DNA from: Eledone cirrhosa
Lineage: Eukaryota
Assembly: GCA_964016885.1 (NCBI GenBank)
Contig: OZ024741.1
Coordinates: 355,942,001 to 356,006,000, forward strand
DNA: 64,000 nt
Direction of reading: 5' to 3'
Positions 1-13,017 of the stretch are shown here, piece by piece; position 1 is the first letter of the stretch; every line of letters starts with the position of its first letter. The notes under the pieces were generated by a model that saw only the letters and a program-made list of their open reading frames with translations, made no database searches and was not told the DNA's origin. Both the position numbers and the translations under genes were made by a program.

Positions 1-1280
1 GTCATTATGTTTAACATCCTGCTCCCATATTCCTCTCCAGAATGTCTTAGTTTGTTCCGCCTCAGGGATCAAGTCGTTGCCTCTTTCTTTCCCTTCAAGC
101 TGTCCAAACAGCATCTTCGGGCTGTTGTCAAACATGCGGTTCTGTCTATACTGACTGACTCTGCTCTCGTATCGCCTAATTTTTGCATTCTTTGCTACAA
201 TGCGTTGCTTCAGTTCCCCTATGATAATATTTAGCTTTTTCCTCCTAGTTTTGCCTTTTTTCCAGTCTATTTTTAGTGTCTATGTTTTTTAGTGTCCCAT
301 TCAGTAGGGACTCAAGCTTTCCAATGTCATTTCTCATTTCCCTGATTTGACCATTCAGTCGTTTCTTCCACCAATGCTCTGATCTTTCTTGTTTGTTGTT
401 TCCTCTCGCTTTTATACCAAGTAATTTCCTCACCACATTTGCTGTTGCTTTGAGGATATTGTTGCACTGGTGAAGGCTCCTCGCCTCAAGGTATGGGATG
501 ACTTTGTTTACCTTAGCTGTTGTTTCTTTTAACTTTTTCCTGTCTACAAATCTTAGGTTCATAGGTTTCCCACTATCATTGTTCAATTCATCTACCACTA
601 AGTTTAGGATATCAACCAAATCTTGTCCTAGCCCGCCAGCTTTCATCTCCTCAATGGCCGTATCTTTGTTCCAGGTATTATTTATTTCAGCATTCAGATC
701 ATTGTCTGCTTCGGATGGTTCCTCCGTTCTCTGAACCTCTTCACCTTCATTTCCCACTGGCTCGTTTGCCTGGCATACTCCACTCTCCATTTCCAACCTA
801 ATCTCTCTGCTCAGTTCCTCCAATTCCAGCTCGCTTATCCAGCCATTAGTTCTTATTACCCGAGCCTGCCCGGCCAATTTTTGTTCATCTAATTTAAATA
901 GATCAATCTCGTTCCAGATATTATGCATCCGTTTCCTATATCCTTTCTCCTTGGGGTTACTCTTCAGGTAACATTGCATAACAGTTCTATTCAATTCTTT
1001 CGTCCAGTTGGTTCTGGTCCCTTTCCTTCTTCTTCTTCCTCCGACACCAGCAGTATTTGGTTGACAGCCAGGTCCCTGCTGCTGAGCCAGGGAGCACCTG
1101 CTGGGTGAGAGTCTGTCACATGACATTCTAGTCTCCACTACACCGTTATTCGAACTGTTTAGATTCGACATTTAAACACTTTTATCGAGGATTGGTGAAT
1201 TATATGGTTACATAACCACAGGTGATTTCATCACTCCCGGTGATTTTTGTGTGGCACTATCGCGCTGTAGGCGAACATAA
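1..1280 (-). mobile_element. R4/Dong-like non-LTR retrotransposon, family A, 5' part (continues beyond the left edge)
   Basis: ORF 245..1171 (RTNWTKELNRTVMQCY..KGYRKRMHNIW..WWKKRL) is near-identical to the N-terminus of the RT+RLE element at 44.6-47.9 kb; frameshift near 245. Confidence 0.85.
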
Positions 1281-1846
1281 ATAAACAAACAAACGAATAG
1301 GTAAAAAAAAAACAAAAAAAGAATAAGCATAAGTTTCATTGTAATGTAATGTTTGAATGTCTGACTTAGTTTTTCCCTCCCCTTCTCTGTCTGTCTGTTT
1401 GTTTTTCTTTTCATTTTTCTTTTCTTTACGTTTTTCGTTGTTGCTGTGCTGCTTTGATTTTGATTTTTGGTTTTTTGATTTTTTGACCGGGTCATCAAAT
1501 CAGTCTATTTATATATTTTGATGCCTTCCTCTTTTATTGGGGACACTACGATGCATGTCTTAGCAGGAGGTAGAGGGAGAGAATAGCGGCGGTAGTCATA
1601 ATGAGGCAGTGGTGGTGGTGGTGCTGTGCTAGTAGTACTTAGCAGGAGGTAGTGGGAGAGAATAGCGGCGGTAGCGATAATGAGGCAGTGGTGGTGGTGA
1701 TGATGTGATCGTAGTACTGTAGTGATGGTGTTGAAGTTGAAGTAGAAATAGAAGTTGAGGTAACTTGACTAGAGTTTTTAGCGTGGTAGTGGTAGTGGAG
1801 AGCGATTCCATAACGAAATATATCCACTATGTGCGTTTTCTTCCCT

Positions 1847-1847
1847 A

Positions 1848-1926
<79 letters not shown>
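1847..1926. repeat. (TTA/TAA)n microsatellite, tail/target of the adjacent R4-like element
   Basis: Direct inspection. Confidence 0.95.
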
Positions 1927-1927
<1 letters not shown>

Positions 1928-4900
1928 AGCTGCATTTATCTTGCTTTATGTTCATACGAGTTATCACCAAGTCGCAACCAGTGACCTTAAGAGACAACAA
2001 GGTCCGCCATGTTCAAGAAAGAACATACATACTCACACATGCATCTTTAGTGTTTAGACTTGTGATGTACTTATATTGACATAATCTTCCTTAGTATATG
2101 GGCAGTTCCCATTAGTACTATCTTTTGTATTTCTCCTATACGCGGGTTTCCTGGGATTTGCGATAAGTAATCATTAGACCCCTTAGGTATCATTCCTAGA
2201 GCGCCTACAACCACTGGTATTGTTTTAGTTCTCAATTTCCACATTTTTCCAATTTCTATCTCCAGGTCCTTATACTTGCTCAATTTTTCAAATGTTTTTA
2301 TAGGTACATTCTTGTCTATTGGAACGGACATATCAATTATCAGGCATACCCTCTTTTTAAAGTCCTTCAATATTATATCAGGTCTATTTGCATCTATTTT
2401 TCGGTCTGTTTGGATGCTAAAGTTCCACAAGATTGAGATGTGATCTTTTTCAAGTATGGGAGGTGGTTGATGCTCCCACCAATTCTTTTGATGGGGCAGG
2501 TCAAAATGCTTACACATTATCCAATGTATGTATTGTGCAGCTCTGTCATGCCTGTTTAGGTATTCGGTTGGAGCTATAGGACTGCACATTGAAATTATAT
2601 GGTCAATGGTCTCTGGTTGTTTTTTACATACACGGCATAATGGGTTGCATCCATTTTTATTATGTTGGCTTGGTAATTTTTTGTTGGCAGACACTAATCT
2701 TGTACTGATATAATCAGTCCTTCAGTCTCCGATTTCAGTCTAGAGGATGCCAACCACTGATGGGTTAAAGTTTTGTCAACATCAGGATTGTTAGCACGTT
2801 CTGGGTATTTTCCATACAGAGGCTTTTCTTGCCATTTCTTAGCCAGTTTCTGTAGCAGTTCTTTCTTTGCAGTTACTTTTACCTGCTTTGCTTTTTCTGT
2901 GTTTTCCATTTCAGCAGTAAATGGGACTTCTGAAATTTGTAGTCCATTACTGTATCTTTGTGCATCTTTTGTAATGGAGTATGATCTTTTGATGCTTTCG
3001 TGTTTCAAAACGAGTTTGATCATCCAATCATGTGATTCCCTTAGATATGTAGATAATCCAATTGTTGCAGTTTTCAACGCAATGTCTAACTGGATTAACC
3101 CACGTCCTCCTTCTTTCCTAGGGAGATATATTCTATCTGTATCTGCCTTAGGGTGATGCATTCTGTGCATGGTTAAGAATTTTCAAATTTTTCTATTGAG
3201 CCTACGGATCTCTGTACTTGACCAGTTGATGACATTGTAACTGTAAGTTACTACTGGTATGGCAAGCGTGTTTATGGCATCTATCCTATTCCTTGCATTC
3301 AATTCCGTTCTTAAGATTGATCTTACTCCGCGGTAACATTCCTTCCTTATCCTTTCCCTCATTGTCGAGTGCTTGATTCCGTCTCCTTCACAAACACCTA
3401 GATATTTGTAAGTTTCCTCTTGATCAAGTTCTCTTATCACATTCCCTCGATCAAGATTAATGTCTGAACTTTTCAGCAGCTTTCCTCTGGTGAACGTTGC
3501 TTTGGCGCATTTATCTAGTCCAAACTCCATTTTAATGTCATCACTGAACTGCTCCACAGTGGATAATAGCCCTTGCAATTGTTCATCATTTTTTGCAAAC
3601 AGTTTCAGGTCATCCATGTAGAACAAGTGATTAATGGTTTTGTCATAGACTCTATATCCATGTTTTGTTTCATTGAGCATTTTACTTAATGGTATAAGTG
3701 CGATGCAGAATAAAAGCGGTGATAAAGAGTCACCCTGAAAAATTCCACAATTAATATTAACTTCTCCAGCTTCCAGTGATTTTGTTTCACTATTCAAAAG
3801 GAGTGTCGTTTTCCATGTCTTCATACTGAATGACAAAAACCTCCTGACAACGGGAGATATTTTGAAAATCTCTAAACATTTTTCATTCCAACTGTGTGGC
3901 AAACTATCGAATGCTTTTTTATAATCTATCCAAGCAATTGATAGATCTTTGTGTCTATTATGACAATCTTCCAGTATCATTTTGTTAACCAAATGCTGAT
4001 GCTTACAGCCATATGAGCCTCGTTTACACCCTTTCTGCTCAATGGGAAATAGGTCATTTGTTATCAGGTGGTCATATGTATATTCAGTTAGGACTGATGT
4101 TAAAATGTTATACATTGTGGTCAAGCAAGTTATCGGTCTGTAATTTTGGGGATTGTTTGTCTCATCATTCTTCGGAAGCAGGAATGTAATGCCGTTAACT
4201 AGCAATGATGGTATCTTTTCTGGCTCCTTAACTATTTCATTGTAAAGTTGGGCTAACAGCCCATGAGACTCTGTGAAGGCATTTATCCAAAAATTTTGTA
4301 TTTTGTCTTTTCCTGGGGATTTCCAATTGCTGGTTTTTCTAAGAGCCAAACGCAACTGTTCAACTGTTATATTTTCCCATATTTGTTCCTCAAGGTTAGC
4401 TGTATCTTTCATTTGTCTGTCTATCCATGGGGCATGTATATTATGAACTTTTTCTTCGGCCCAGATCTTTTCCCAGAATTCTTGCACTTCCTCCTTGGGT
4501 GGTATTGATTTAGCAGTTATTGTTGACTTACCAATTTTTCTGTAGAAGTTTCTTTGGTTGTTTTTGAACATATTATTGTCCTTATAGAATCTAGATCGTT
4601 TTTCAAAGTGCCTTATACGAGCAACTTTGGCCGACACTTTTTGCTTGATTATTTCTATCAGCATGTCTATGTCACTTGTTGATTTTATACTGTACTTTCT
4701 TTTCAATTTTCTATGTTTAGTTTGTTTAACATGTTCACCTACTTTATAGTTTGTTAAAATTTCTATGTCAGAACGGAGAAGGTTTATTTGGCGATTGATG
4801 TTCTCTTGTCAAGTAGATTTCTTGTGGGAATTCCTTTGTTTTTCCTCTTCACTCCACATAAGTGGGTGGTGACTTTAGCCGATGCATAATAGAGATGATT

Positions 4901-5880
4901 TAAATCAGTAATGTTTAGTTTGTTTGTGATGATAATGTTTTTGAGAATTATGTTAGTCTTGTGTATTATCTTTTGGTTCTGTTTGGAGTTCTGGATCTTA
5001 GGGAGGGTGTCTTGTTCCCCCATGTCAGATTCTTTCATTTTCATCCATTCGATCATAATTTCATCCTTCAAGTTGGCAAGTCCATTCTCATTCATTTCTT
5101 TATCATTTACGATCTCATTGTTTTCATTTGGAGTTTCATCTTGAGCATGCACTCCCTCCACTTTTTCGATCCTTTCTTTAATTTGTTCTGTTGTCAGTGA
5201 TTCCGCCCCAACCCTGGGATTCGAAGTGTTACAATTTACCTCGTTTTCACTGACACATGTTTCATTTTCCCTTCGCTGACTTTGTGCTAATAGCTTCATC
5301 TCATCAATTTCTATATCAGTTAGTAACTTTTTTTTTACAATATTTCTTCGTATATTGGTTAGTTTGTTACTGTCAATATAGCCTCTGTTTTCAGGATGTT
5401 TCTTTTTCCAGTTGATATATGTCTGTTCTGTATTCGATGTATTTGATGGGTAGTACATGGCAGTGTAGAAAGCCTCAAGGACTTCTTTATTATCTTCCCT
5501 TGACCATTTTTCTCTCTTTTTCTTTGGATTTCTTGGTGGTGAGCATGGAGGGCCAACAGTAGGAGTATTCCGGATATGGGAGGTCTCCAGCTCCGAAGTG
5601 ATGGGAAGGTTTGAACCATTAGCTGATTTTTCGACCCCAGTCTGGTTCCTCTCTGAGGGACGCGGCCCTTTTTGACCCGGGTGACGGCCGATCCGGTATG
5701 AGATTTTATCATTAGACATTTACTTTATTTTGTCGCGTTTTATCCTTATCCGCCAAGGGGTAATCATTTCGTGTTACCACTTCTAGGACGAGTGTCAACC
5801 AAGACTAGAGGGGTCGTCCTCCCCTAGAGACACGGCTATTCCCCGCCGGCCGCCATCCCGGTATTTCTTGGTCACGGGGT
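1927..5880 (-). mobile_element. R4/Dong-like non-LTR retrotransposon, family B, near full length, frameshifted
   Basis: Consecutive ORFs 4784..5719, 3183..4706, 2694..3170, 2071..2694. RT motifs NYRPITCL, QGDSLSP, FYMDDLKLF, YKYLG; CCHC knuckle CRVCKKQPETIDHIISMC; restriction-like endonuclease RPDI..D..K..KY; 3' end abuts (TAA)n. Confidence 0.92.
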
Positions 5881-6606
5881 TTTCTTTTTTGTTGTTTTTT
5901 AAATTGTTATTATCATGAGTGGTTCCTTAATGTGAGCATTGCGTGGCTTAAGAATGAAATTATTAATAATATAATATACTTTTTGCTGAAGTTGCCTGTT
6001 ATTGTTGTTGGCTATGTCGGTGGTGGTGCTGGGGCTTTTTCTATTGTTGGTGGGGAAGGGGGAGCCAGCAGTGCCATAGTCGTTGACGTTTGGCCGGTGG
6101 CCGGGTCACTAAGTCAATCTATTTATATCTTTTGCTAGCTTCTCCCTTGTCTAGTGATACCACCACCTCCCCCTTTCTTAAGTTAACAGAAGGTAATGGG
6201 GGAATAGTGGTGGTAACAATGAAGGAGTGGTGGCGGCGGTGATGGGATAGTGGTAGCAATGATGGATGGAGTGGTGGCGGCGGTGATTATAGCGATGGCG
6301 TTGTCGTTACTGAGTTTTGTTGAATAGACTGTAGTTCGTTTGATCTGAGTATCTATGCAGTTTGTCGCGTATGTTTAATATGCGGTTTGTCGCGTATGTT
6401 TAATATTTCCTTAATATTGGAATTAAACATTTTGTGAAAACTTGAGACAATAATAATAGTAATTATTATTATTATGCTGGGATTGGTGGTGGTGGTGGTG
6501 AAGTTGCCGTTATCTGGCTGTTGTATTTAGTGTAAACAGAGGGGTGATGGGGTAGGTGGTGTATCTAGTTTGTGGTGTTGGTGAAATTGCTGTTATTTGG
6601 CTGTTC

Positions 6607-6840
6607 TATGCCTTTTGAAGTGTTCCAAAAAGCGGAGCTGGACTAATCTTCTTTAACCATCCTTGGAAACACTTTGAGATAGTACCTAGTGCGCCTATGA
6701 CAATCGGGACGACCTTGACTTCATGGCAGTTCCAAATCCTTGCTCCCATATTCCTCTCCAGAATGCCTTATTCTGTTCAGCCTCAGGGTCACGTCGTTAC
6801 CTCTTTCTTTCCCTTCAAGCTGTTCAAACAACATCTTCTT
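6607..6840 (-). mobile_element. Internally deleted R4/Dong family A fragment
   Basis: 6607-6741 matches the RLE end of family A (cf. 16690-16825); 6742-6840 matches the pre-RT part (cf. 18910-19010). Confidence 0.75.
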
Positions 6841-6949
6841 GCTGGCCTTGTGCCTATATAAGAAACCAGTATAAAATAAAGCACCAGTAACACACTAGGC
6901 ACGATTTAATCGACCCCCCCCCCTTCCATTGAAACTGCTGGTTTTTGCC

Positions 6950-7650
6950 AAAACTAGAAACAATTCTTAAAGTAGAGCTGTTAAGAAAACGGATGGCATA
7001 TTCTGAACAAGTGGCATGGAAATATACAATATTTTTCTCTTTGTTTCGCACTCTAATTAAAACTTTTGTTTTTAACTAATACAAAATAGGTCAAATGTTA
7101 ATCTTATGCACAACATTTATCAAATATTATTGTAACCAGAATTATATTCTGCAACACATTTCTTTAATGAAATTAATGTAAAAACTTTGTCAGTGTATAA
7201 ATTACCTTCATGTATCTTTCTTTTGTTTTTTTAATCTCATTTTCTGTATATATTGTAGTAGATAGATATTTAATGTAAAATAATTACTGCAACTGTTGGC
7301 GCGTGGTCACGTATAGAACGGTAGGATAGTTATCATCGTTCGTTAGAAGGCTTATTAAAAACGACCTAAAAAAAACACATATAAATGGCCATAGCTGTAT
7401 ACTACGAGTGATTTTCTCTGGTTTTATACCGAGTTTACCATTCACTGACCAAATATCAAAAAAGGATAAACGAAAGAGAAAATAATACACAATGCGGTCT
7501 TCCCAAATTGATGTCGATGAAATTATAAATTCTCTGGGAGATACTAATTTTTTCCACGTTACTCAATACATAATTCTCTGTCTCCCAGTACTTATAATAT
7601 GTACCAATAGCTTCTTCTACATATACTTTGGTATGTATAATCATTATATA
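6950..7650 (-). pseudogene. Possible highly decayed piggyBac transposase C-terminal remnant
   Basis: Degenerate peptides EAIGTYYKY (cf. I..YNKYMGGVD), YYFLFRLSFFDIWSVN (cf. WY..IF..LD..VN) and terminal KNCF; many stops and frameshifts. Confidence 0.3.
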
Positions 7651-7764
7651 AATATATAAATACTCTGCAGCAATATCATTATTTCATTATAATTCTCATT
7701 GTATATCTATCTATCCTGCTTTTTATTTGTCCGCTATATGTCGGCCCTTGTGACCAATAAAGAA

Positions 7765-7920
7765 ATTGGCAGTATCGGTAGAGGATCGGACGCCATGCTT
7801 TGCAGCATAGAGTTACAGTCCTTTATGATCTGAGTTCAAATCCCACCGAGATAAATTTGCCTTTAATCCTTACGGGGTCGATAAAATAAAGTACCAGTAA
7901 TACACTGGAATAATTGCTGA
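7765..7920 (+). mobile_element. tRNA-derived SINE (partial), preceded by a Tx1 3'-end fragment (about 7720-7765)
   Basis: A-box TGGCAGTATCGG, B-box GAGTTCAAATCC, body CCTTACGGGGTCGATAAAATAAAGTACCAG shared with 30533-30720. Confidence 0.8.
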
Positions 7921-10900
7921 ACTTGTGCCCATACCTTGGCTGGCCGCGTCTGTCCTTGCTGGAATCGAGGACAGGACGACCATGCTGCAAGTAGAGAAAA
8001 TAGGGAGAGAGAACTGGTCAGCTATAGGCATACAAATGCTTATACAAACTGACCAGGAATGTATCGACGCTATCCCCGATATCATAGACATCGAGGAATG
8101 ACTCCAACGCCTTATAAGCGTAGAAGGAAGAAGGCCAAAATGTTATCTCTGTGGATCGAAGGGTCACCTCAGAGCCCTTTGCCCGCAGAAAACAGCGAAG
8201 AAGAAGGACCCTCTCCTTCCAATGCCTGGTCCGCTGATACCAAGAGCAGGTCAGGCAACAAACGCAGAAGCCCCTGCCATGGTGAGTAGGAGGGAAACGT
8301 GCGTGGCACCCGTACCAAGGCCACGGACAACTAAAGCAGAAGTATCAGTGGCGGAAACACCAATAGCTACATTTGAAGTAGCTACACCAGCAACAAAATT
8401 GCCGAAGAGGGATCCATTACCACCACCAACAGCCGTGGAGCACATACCCCTCCCAGACGCCACGGAATCCGACATGGAGTTTGAGGCGGGAGTGAAGTGG
8501 CAAATGGTCTGCCACAAAAAAGAAAAGAGAAAAAAAACCCTTAGATTCACCCTCCAAAAGCGAAGGCACACAAAGAAGGGTAAAGACAGCAAGGAAACTT
8601 TCAGCAACGCCACCACCATCATCATCACCACCACAAGCACCACCGCCAACAACAACCAGACAACCACCAGCATCACCAAAAACACCAACAACGCAAACAA
8701 AACAAAACACACACACCAAACAGCAACAAGAAGAAAACAGCAACAAAATCACCCCCCCCCCCCCCAAAGTACACAACCATAAACATGGCAAAAAAAGAAC
8801 TCATACAATATATAAAGCAGCACACAGACATCACAGAAAAAAACTACTACACCCCACCAACACCAAGAACTCTCTCGACAAACATAAGCCTCATTGAAAT
8901 CTCAATAGAACAGTACAAACCTTTATAAGAAAAATTCCCCAACGCAGTTGGAGACTCCAGAGGGTCGGTTACCAAGAGGATATACACTGACATCCTCTTG
9001 GAAACACCCATGACCAGCGAAAGGGACGGTTCTAATGTCCCTTCACCGCACGATCAAGGTAAGTGACCCTTTCTCACTTGCCCCGTTTCTCATCCAACAT
9101 GGCCGTACTCAGAATAGGCAGTATAAATGCACGTGACCTGGGGTCATCTTGGAAGCAGGGTCACCTGCTCAACGACCTCAGGTCACTAAGCATAGATGTG
9201 GTGGCCATCAGTGAGACCAGAATCTCCGAAGCACAAGCCTCCGCACCGATCTTCGGCGGCTACGATGTATACGCATCTCCCAGCCATCCAGGATCGGAGG
9301 TGGAGTTGCCGTCCTTTTTCGGAGAGGCTTGGATCTCGCGATACGGGCCATCTTCCTGGACCCAGAAGGTAAGTCGGTGGTGCTGGACGTGACCGGCAGA
9401 GAAGGCAATGCTTTCAGTCTAGTAGCCGTCTACGCCCCAACAGGGGCAAGATGGCCAGATTTCTTCAGACGTCTAGAGACCTTTCTTGGAACGTCCCGCT
9501 CTTTAGTGTTAGTGGGCGACTGGAACGGTATCTTGGATGCACGCTGGGATTGTGTGGGGATAGTGGATGGGGGAAGAGGCTGCAGGAGCCTCACCAACCT
9601 GCTCAGACGTTTTGAACTGTCTGACAGGTATCGACTGGATCACCCGAATGTGCCAATGTGGACATGGACAAACCGTATCGGGTCATCCAGATCGTATCTC
9701 GATAGGGTATTCTGCAGAGAACTAGATAAGGCTAGTATAAGTTGTCCACAATTTAAAATAGTCGACTACACAGACCACAAATTTGTGATCTGTGAGATCA
9801 ACATAGACAGACTTAATAGACAATGGCCCGGTTACTGGAAGCCGAACGCGTCTTTCCCGGCGCGCAAAGCCTACAGAGACCGGATTAGCGTATAAGTTAA
9901 GCGGGGGTTGACGGGAGAGGTTGTCAACCACAGGTGGTGGTTCGCTCTGAAAAGGGCAATTAAAGTAGAATCGATTAGGTTTAGCAAAGGAGTAGTGATA
10001 GAGGAAAATAGAGTAGAGGGAGAGCTAGTCAGAAAGCTAGAAGAGGCGTTTAGGACAGGCATCGCAACTGACGTGCTTGCGTCGAGATTGGCACTCGACC
10101 AATTCTTCAACGTAAAACACGAAGGCTGCATTGTCAGAGCTAGAGCGCGTGCTCTGAAACACTAGGGGACAAAAGCCGTCCAATAGGCCCGGGTGGCAGA
10201 AACGCGACGTGGCAATAAAGCCACAATTCAGTCTTCGTCTGACCAAAACGGGTGCGTGTTGCTCGAACCCGAACAGAGGTGTGAAGCTTTTCAGCAGCAC
10301 TTTGCTGAACTGTTCGGGAGCAGCGGTGGCCCCGATCGGGGCATGGACTTAAGTGCATACCTCGACGGACTGCCTCGGCTCTCGACGATCGCAACACAGT
10401 GTTGCGAAAAGCCAATAACATCCGGTGAAATACGGGAAGTGATAGCTAACTTTTCGAGGGGTAAATCGCCAGGTTTGGATGGTCTGCCCTACGAGCTTTA
10501 TGCATTTATGCCAGACTTGTTCGGTCACCTCTTGGCAGACGTCTACTGCAACTGGCAGCAGAACGGGAGCATTCCCAGTTTTGTGAGCCGGGGAACGGTA
10601 GGGCTGCTGACAAAAGACCCGAACAAGGAGGATGTTATCGATAATTTCAGGCCCATAACTCTGCTAAACGCAGAGTTCAAGATGTTGGCCTAGGTGTTAG
10701 CAACGAGGTTGTCGCTTGTCGTCAAGGGTCTTGTGGGAGAGGCGCAGTCATGCGCCATCCCGGACAGATCCATACACGACAACCTCCACCTCATGCGATA
10801 CATCATAGAGAGGGTGGTTAAGGAACCTGGCACGGGTGGGGCCCTGATCAACTTGGATAAATCCAAAGCATTCAATATGTCGACCATCGGTACTTGGCGG

Positions 10901-12676
10901 CGCTCCTCGAGGCAGCCGGTTTCGTGGCCGTTTTCAGGGGTTGGATCCCTGCGATGTACAGCGACATCTGCTCAGTTGTGAGGGCGAACGGTCACCTGTC
11001 GCAGCCGTTCAACATCATGCGCTCAGTCCGCCAGGGTTGTCCCCTCTCGTCCCTCTTGTACGTATTGGCTCTCGAGACGTTACTGCACAAACTGGGGGCG
11101 ATGAGGGGCGTCCCACGCGAACTAGGATGCGGGAAATCCGAGTTGGCTTACACCGACGACATCACCGTTGTGGTGTCGAGCACCAGACATGTCCAGATGC
11201 TCGGCACCGTTTTCAAGGAATACGAAGCAGTGACAGGAGAAAAGATATACCAGGAAAAGTCGGTGGGCTTGCAGCTCGGCACCTGGAGAGGCAAGTCCAT
11301 GCCGTCCGACAGCGTCGTGGGGCGTTGGACGGACGGACCGGTTAAATTGCTCGGAGTCTGGTTCGGACCGGACCTCCAGATGGAGAAAAAATGGAACGAG
11401 GTGACGAACAAGGTGGCCTCCCTCACCCAGAAATGGGCCGAGAGGAAGTTGTCCCTGAAAGGCCGGGCGGAGGTGGCGAATGAGTGCATCGCATCCGTCA
11501 TCTGCTACCGCCTCACCGTCGTCCCTTTCCATGGCCCGACTCTCACCAAAATGGAGCGCCTCCTCTTCCGCTTTTTGTGGAAGGGACGCGCTCCCATGGC
11601 CAGACGATCCATCTGCTGTCAACACCCGTTGCGTGGAGGACTGGGCATGCTATGGTTGATGATGCGCAAACATGCGCTGAGGCTGCGAATCTCTGGTGCT
11701 TCTATGACGGTGAACAGGTGTGGTCGCCGTTCGCCAGGCACGTTTTCCCACAGCTCGTTTCCTTGACGGAGCTGCAATCGTGGGTCAGAAAAAGACCGAG
11801 GGATAGCGCTTGGAAACTGGAATGTCTCCAGGCGCTCACTGCCCTCTGCCAGCTGGGCACCAGTATCGGTGAAACATCCACCTCGGCATTCTATAGAGGA
11901 CTAGTGGAGGGGAAGAGCGACGACGTTCTCGGAGAGATCTTGGGCGTCGAAGAAGATCAGCTGTTTGCTCTCTTCCGGAGAACTTTCAGCCCAGGGCCTA
12001 TGGATAACTTCGAGCATTGCTGACTTGTGGAGCTATGTCGAACAGTTGCTGTCGCGTGTAGGACTGATCCGGTTATCGACTGAGTCCATTGTGCAGATGG
12101 TCTCGCCGTCTTCCTTCGTGGAGGAAGGTCAGGCGGTTTTCATCTTCCCGGTGGCCATGGCGAAAGAGATTGTGTGGTGGACAAGGTTGAAAGGGTTAAA
12201 GACAGACACTTTCCTCTTCGGCGAATCCCTAATTAACTTTTTCAAGTTTCACTTGAAGAGGAAAATCAGAGTGGAGAGGCAAGTGCCGCCTTCTAGCAAG
12301 TTTGTTGAAAGGTGGGTGAATGTAGCGAGAATGGTCCGAGTGAACGGGACCGCTCTGAATATACGTCTGTAGTTTGAGAAATGGAAAAATTGAGAGAGGG
12401 CGCTTGCCCTGGTGATCAGGGTGGCCGTGGTCTTTTGTGTGGTTTTCGCCACGAGTAACCCTCGGAGGTTTCCTCCCTATTGGGGAATTTTTCTTTGTTT
12501 CAATTTTCATTTTTATTGTTTATATATATATATGATTCTATGTCTTTTTTTTCTTTCCTTTTATATAAATAATAAAAATATTTACACGCACAAAACCCAC
12601 ATCGTACCATCCTGTACCGTCCTGTGCCGTCTGTAATGTTTTTCTTGATGTCAGTCCTTGTGGCCAATAAAGAAAT
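7920..12676 (+). mobile_element. Tx1/L1-clade non-LTR retrotransposon, 5'-truncated, degraded
   Basis: ORF1 remnant with a zinc knuckle (KCYLCGSKGHLRALCP). ORF2 has APE endonuclease (GSINAR, SETR, VYAP, GDWN, SYLDR, TDH) and RT (KSPGLDGL, FRPITLLN, RQGCPLS, YTDD). 3' end AATAAAGAAATC followed by (ATT)n. Confidence 0.9.
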
Positions 12677-13017
12677 CATTATTATTATTATTATTATTAT
12701 TATTTGCATTTATCTTGCTTTATGTTTGTGTGGTTTTCGCCACGAGTAACCCTCGGAGGTTTCCTCCCTATTGGGGAATTTTTCTTTGTTTCAATTTTCA
12801 TTTTTATTGTTTATATATATATATGATTCTATGTCTTTTTTTTCTTTCCTTTTATATAAATAATAAAAATATTTACACGCACAAAACCCACATCGTACCA
12901 TCCTGTACCGTCCTGTGCCGTCTGTAATGTTTTTCTTGATGTCAGTCCTTGTGGCCAATAAAGAAATCATTATTATTATTATTATTATTATTATTTGCAT
13001 TTATCTTGCTTTATGTT
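12435..13017 (+). repeat. 291-bp tandem duplication spanning a Tx1 3'UTR / (TTA)n / R4 family B 3'-end junction
   Basis: Identical ORFs at 12500 and 12791 (offset 291); the sequence repeats near-verbatim. Confidence 0.92.
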
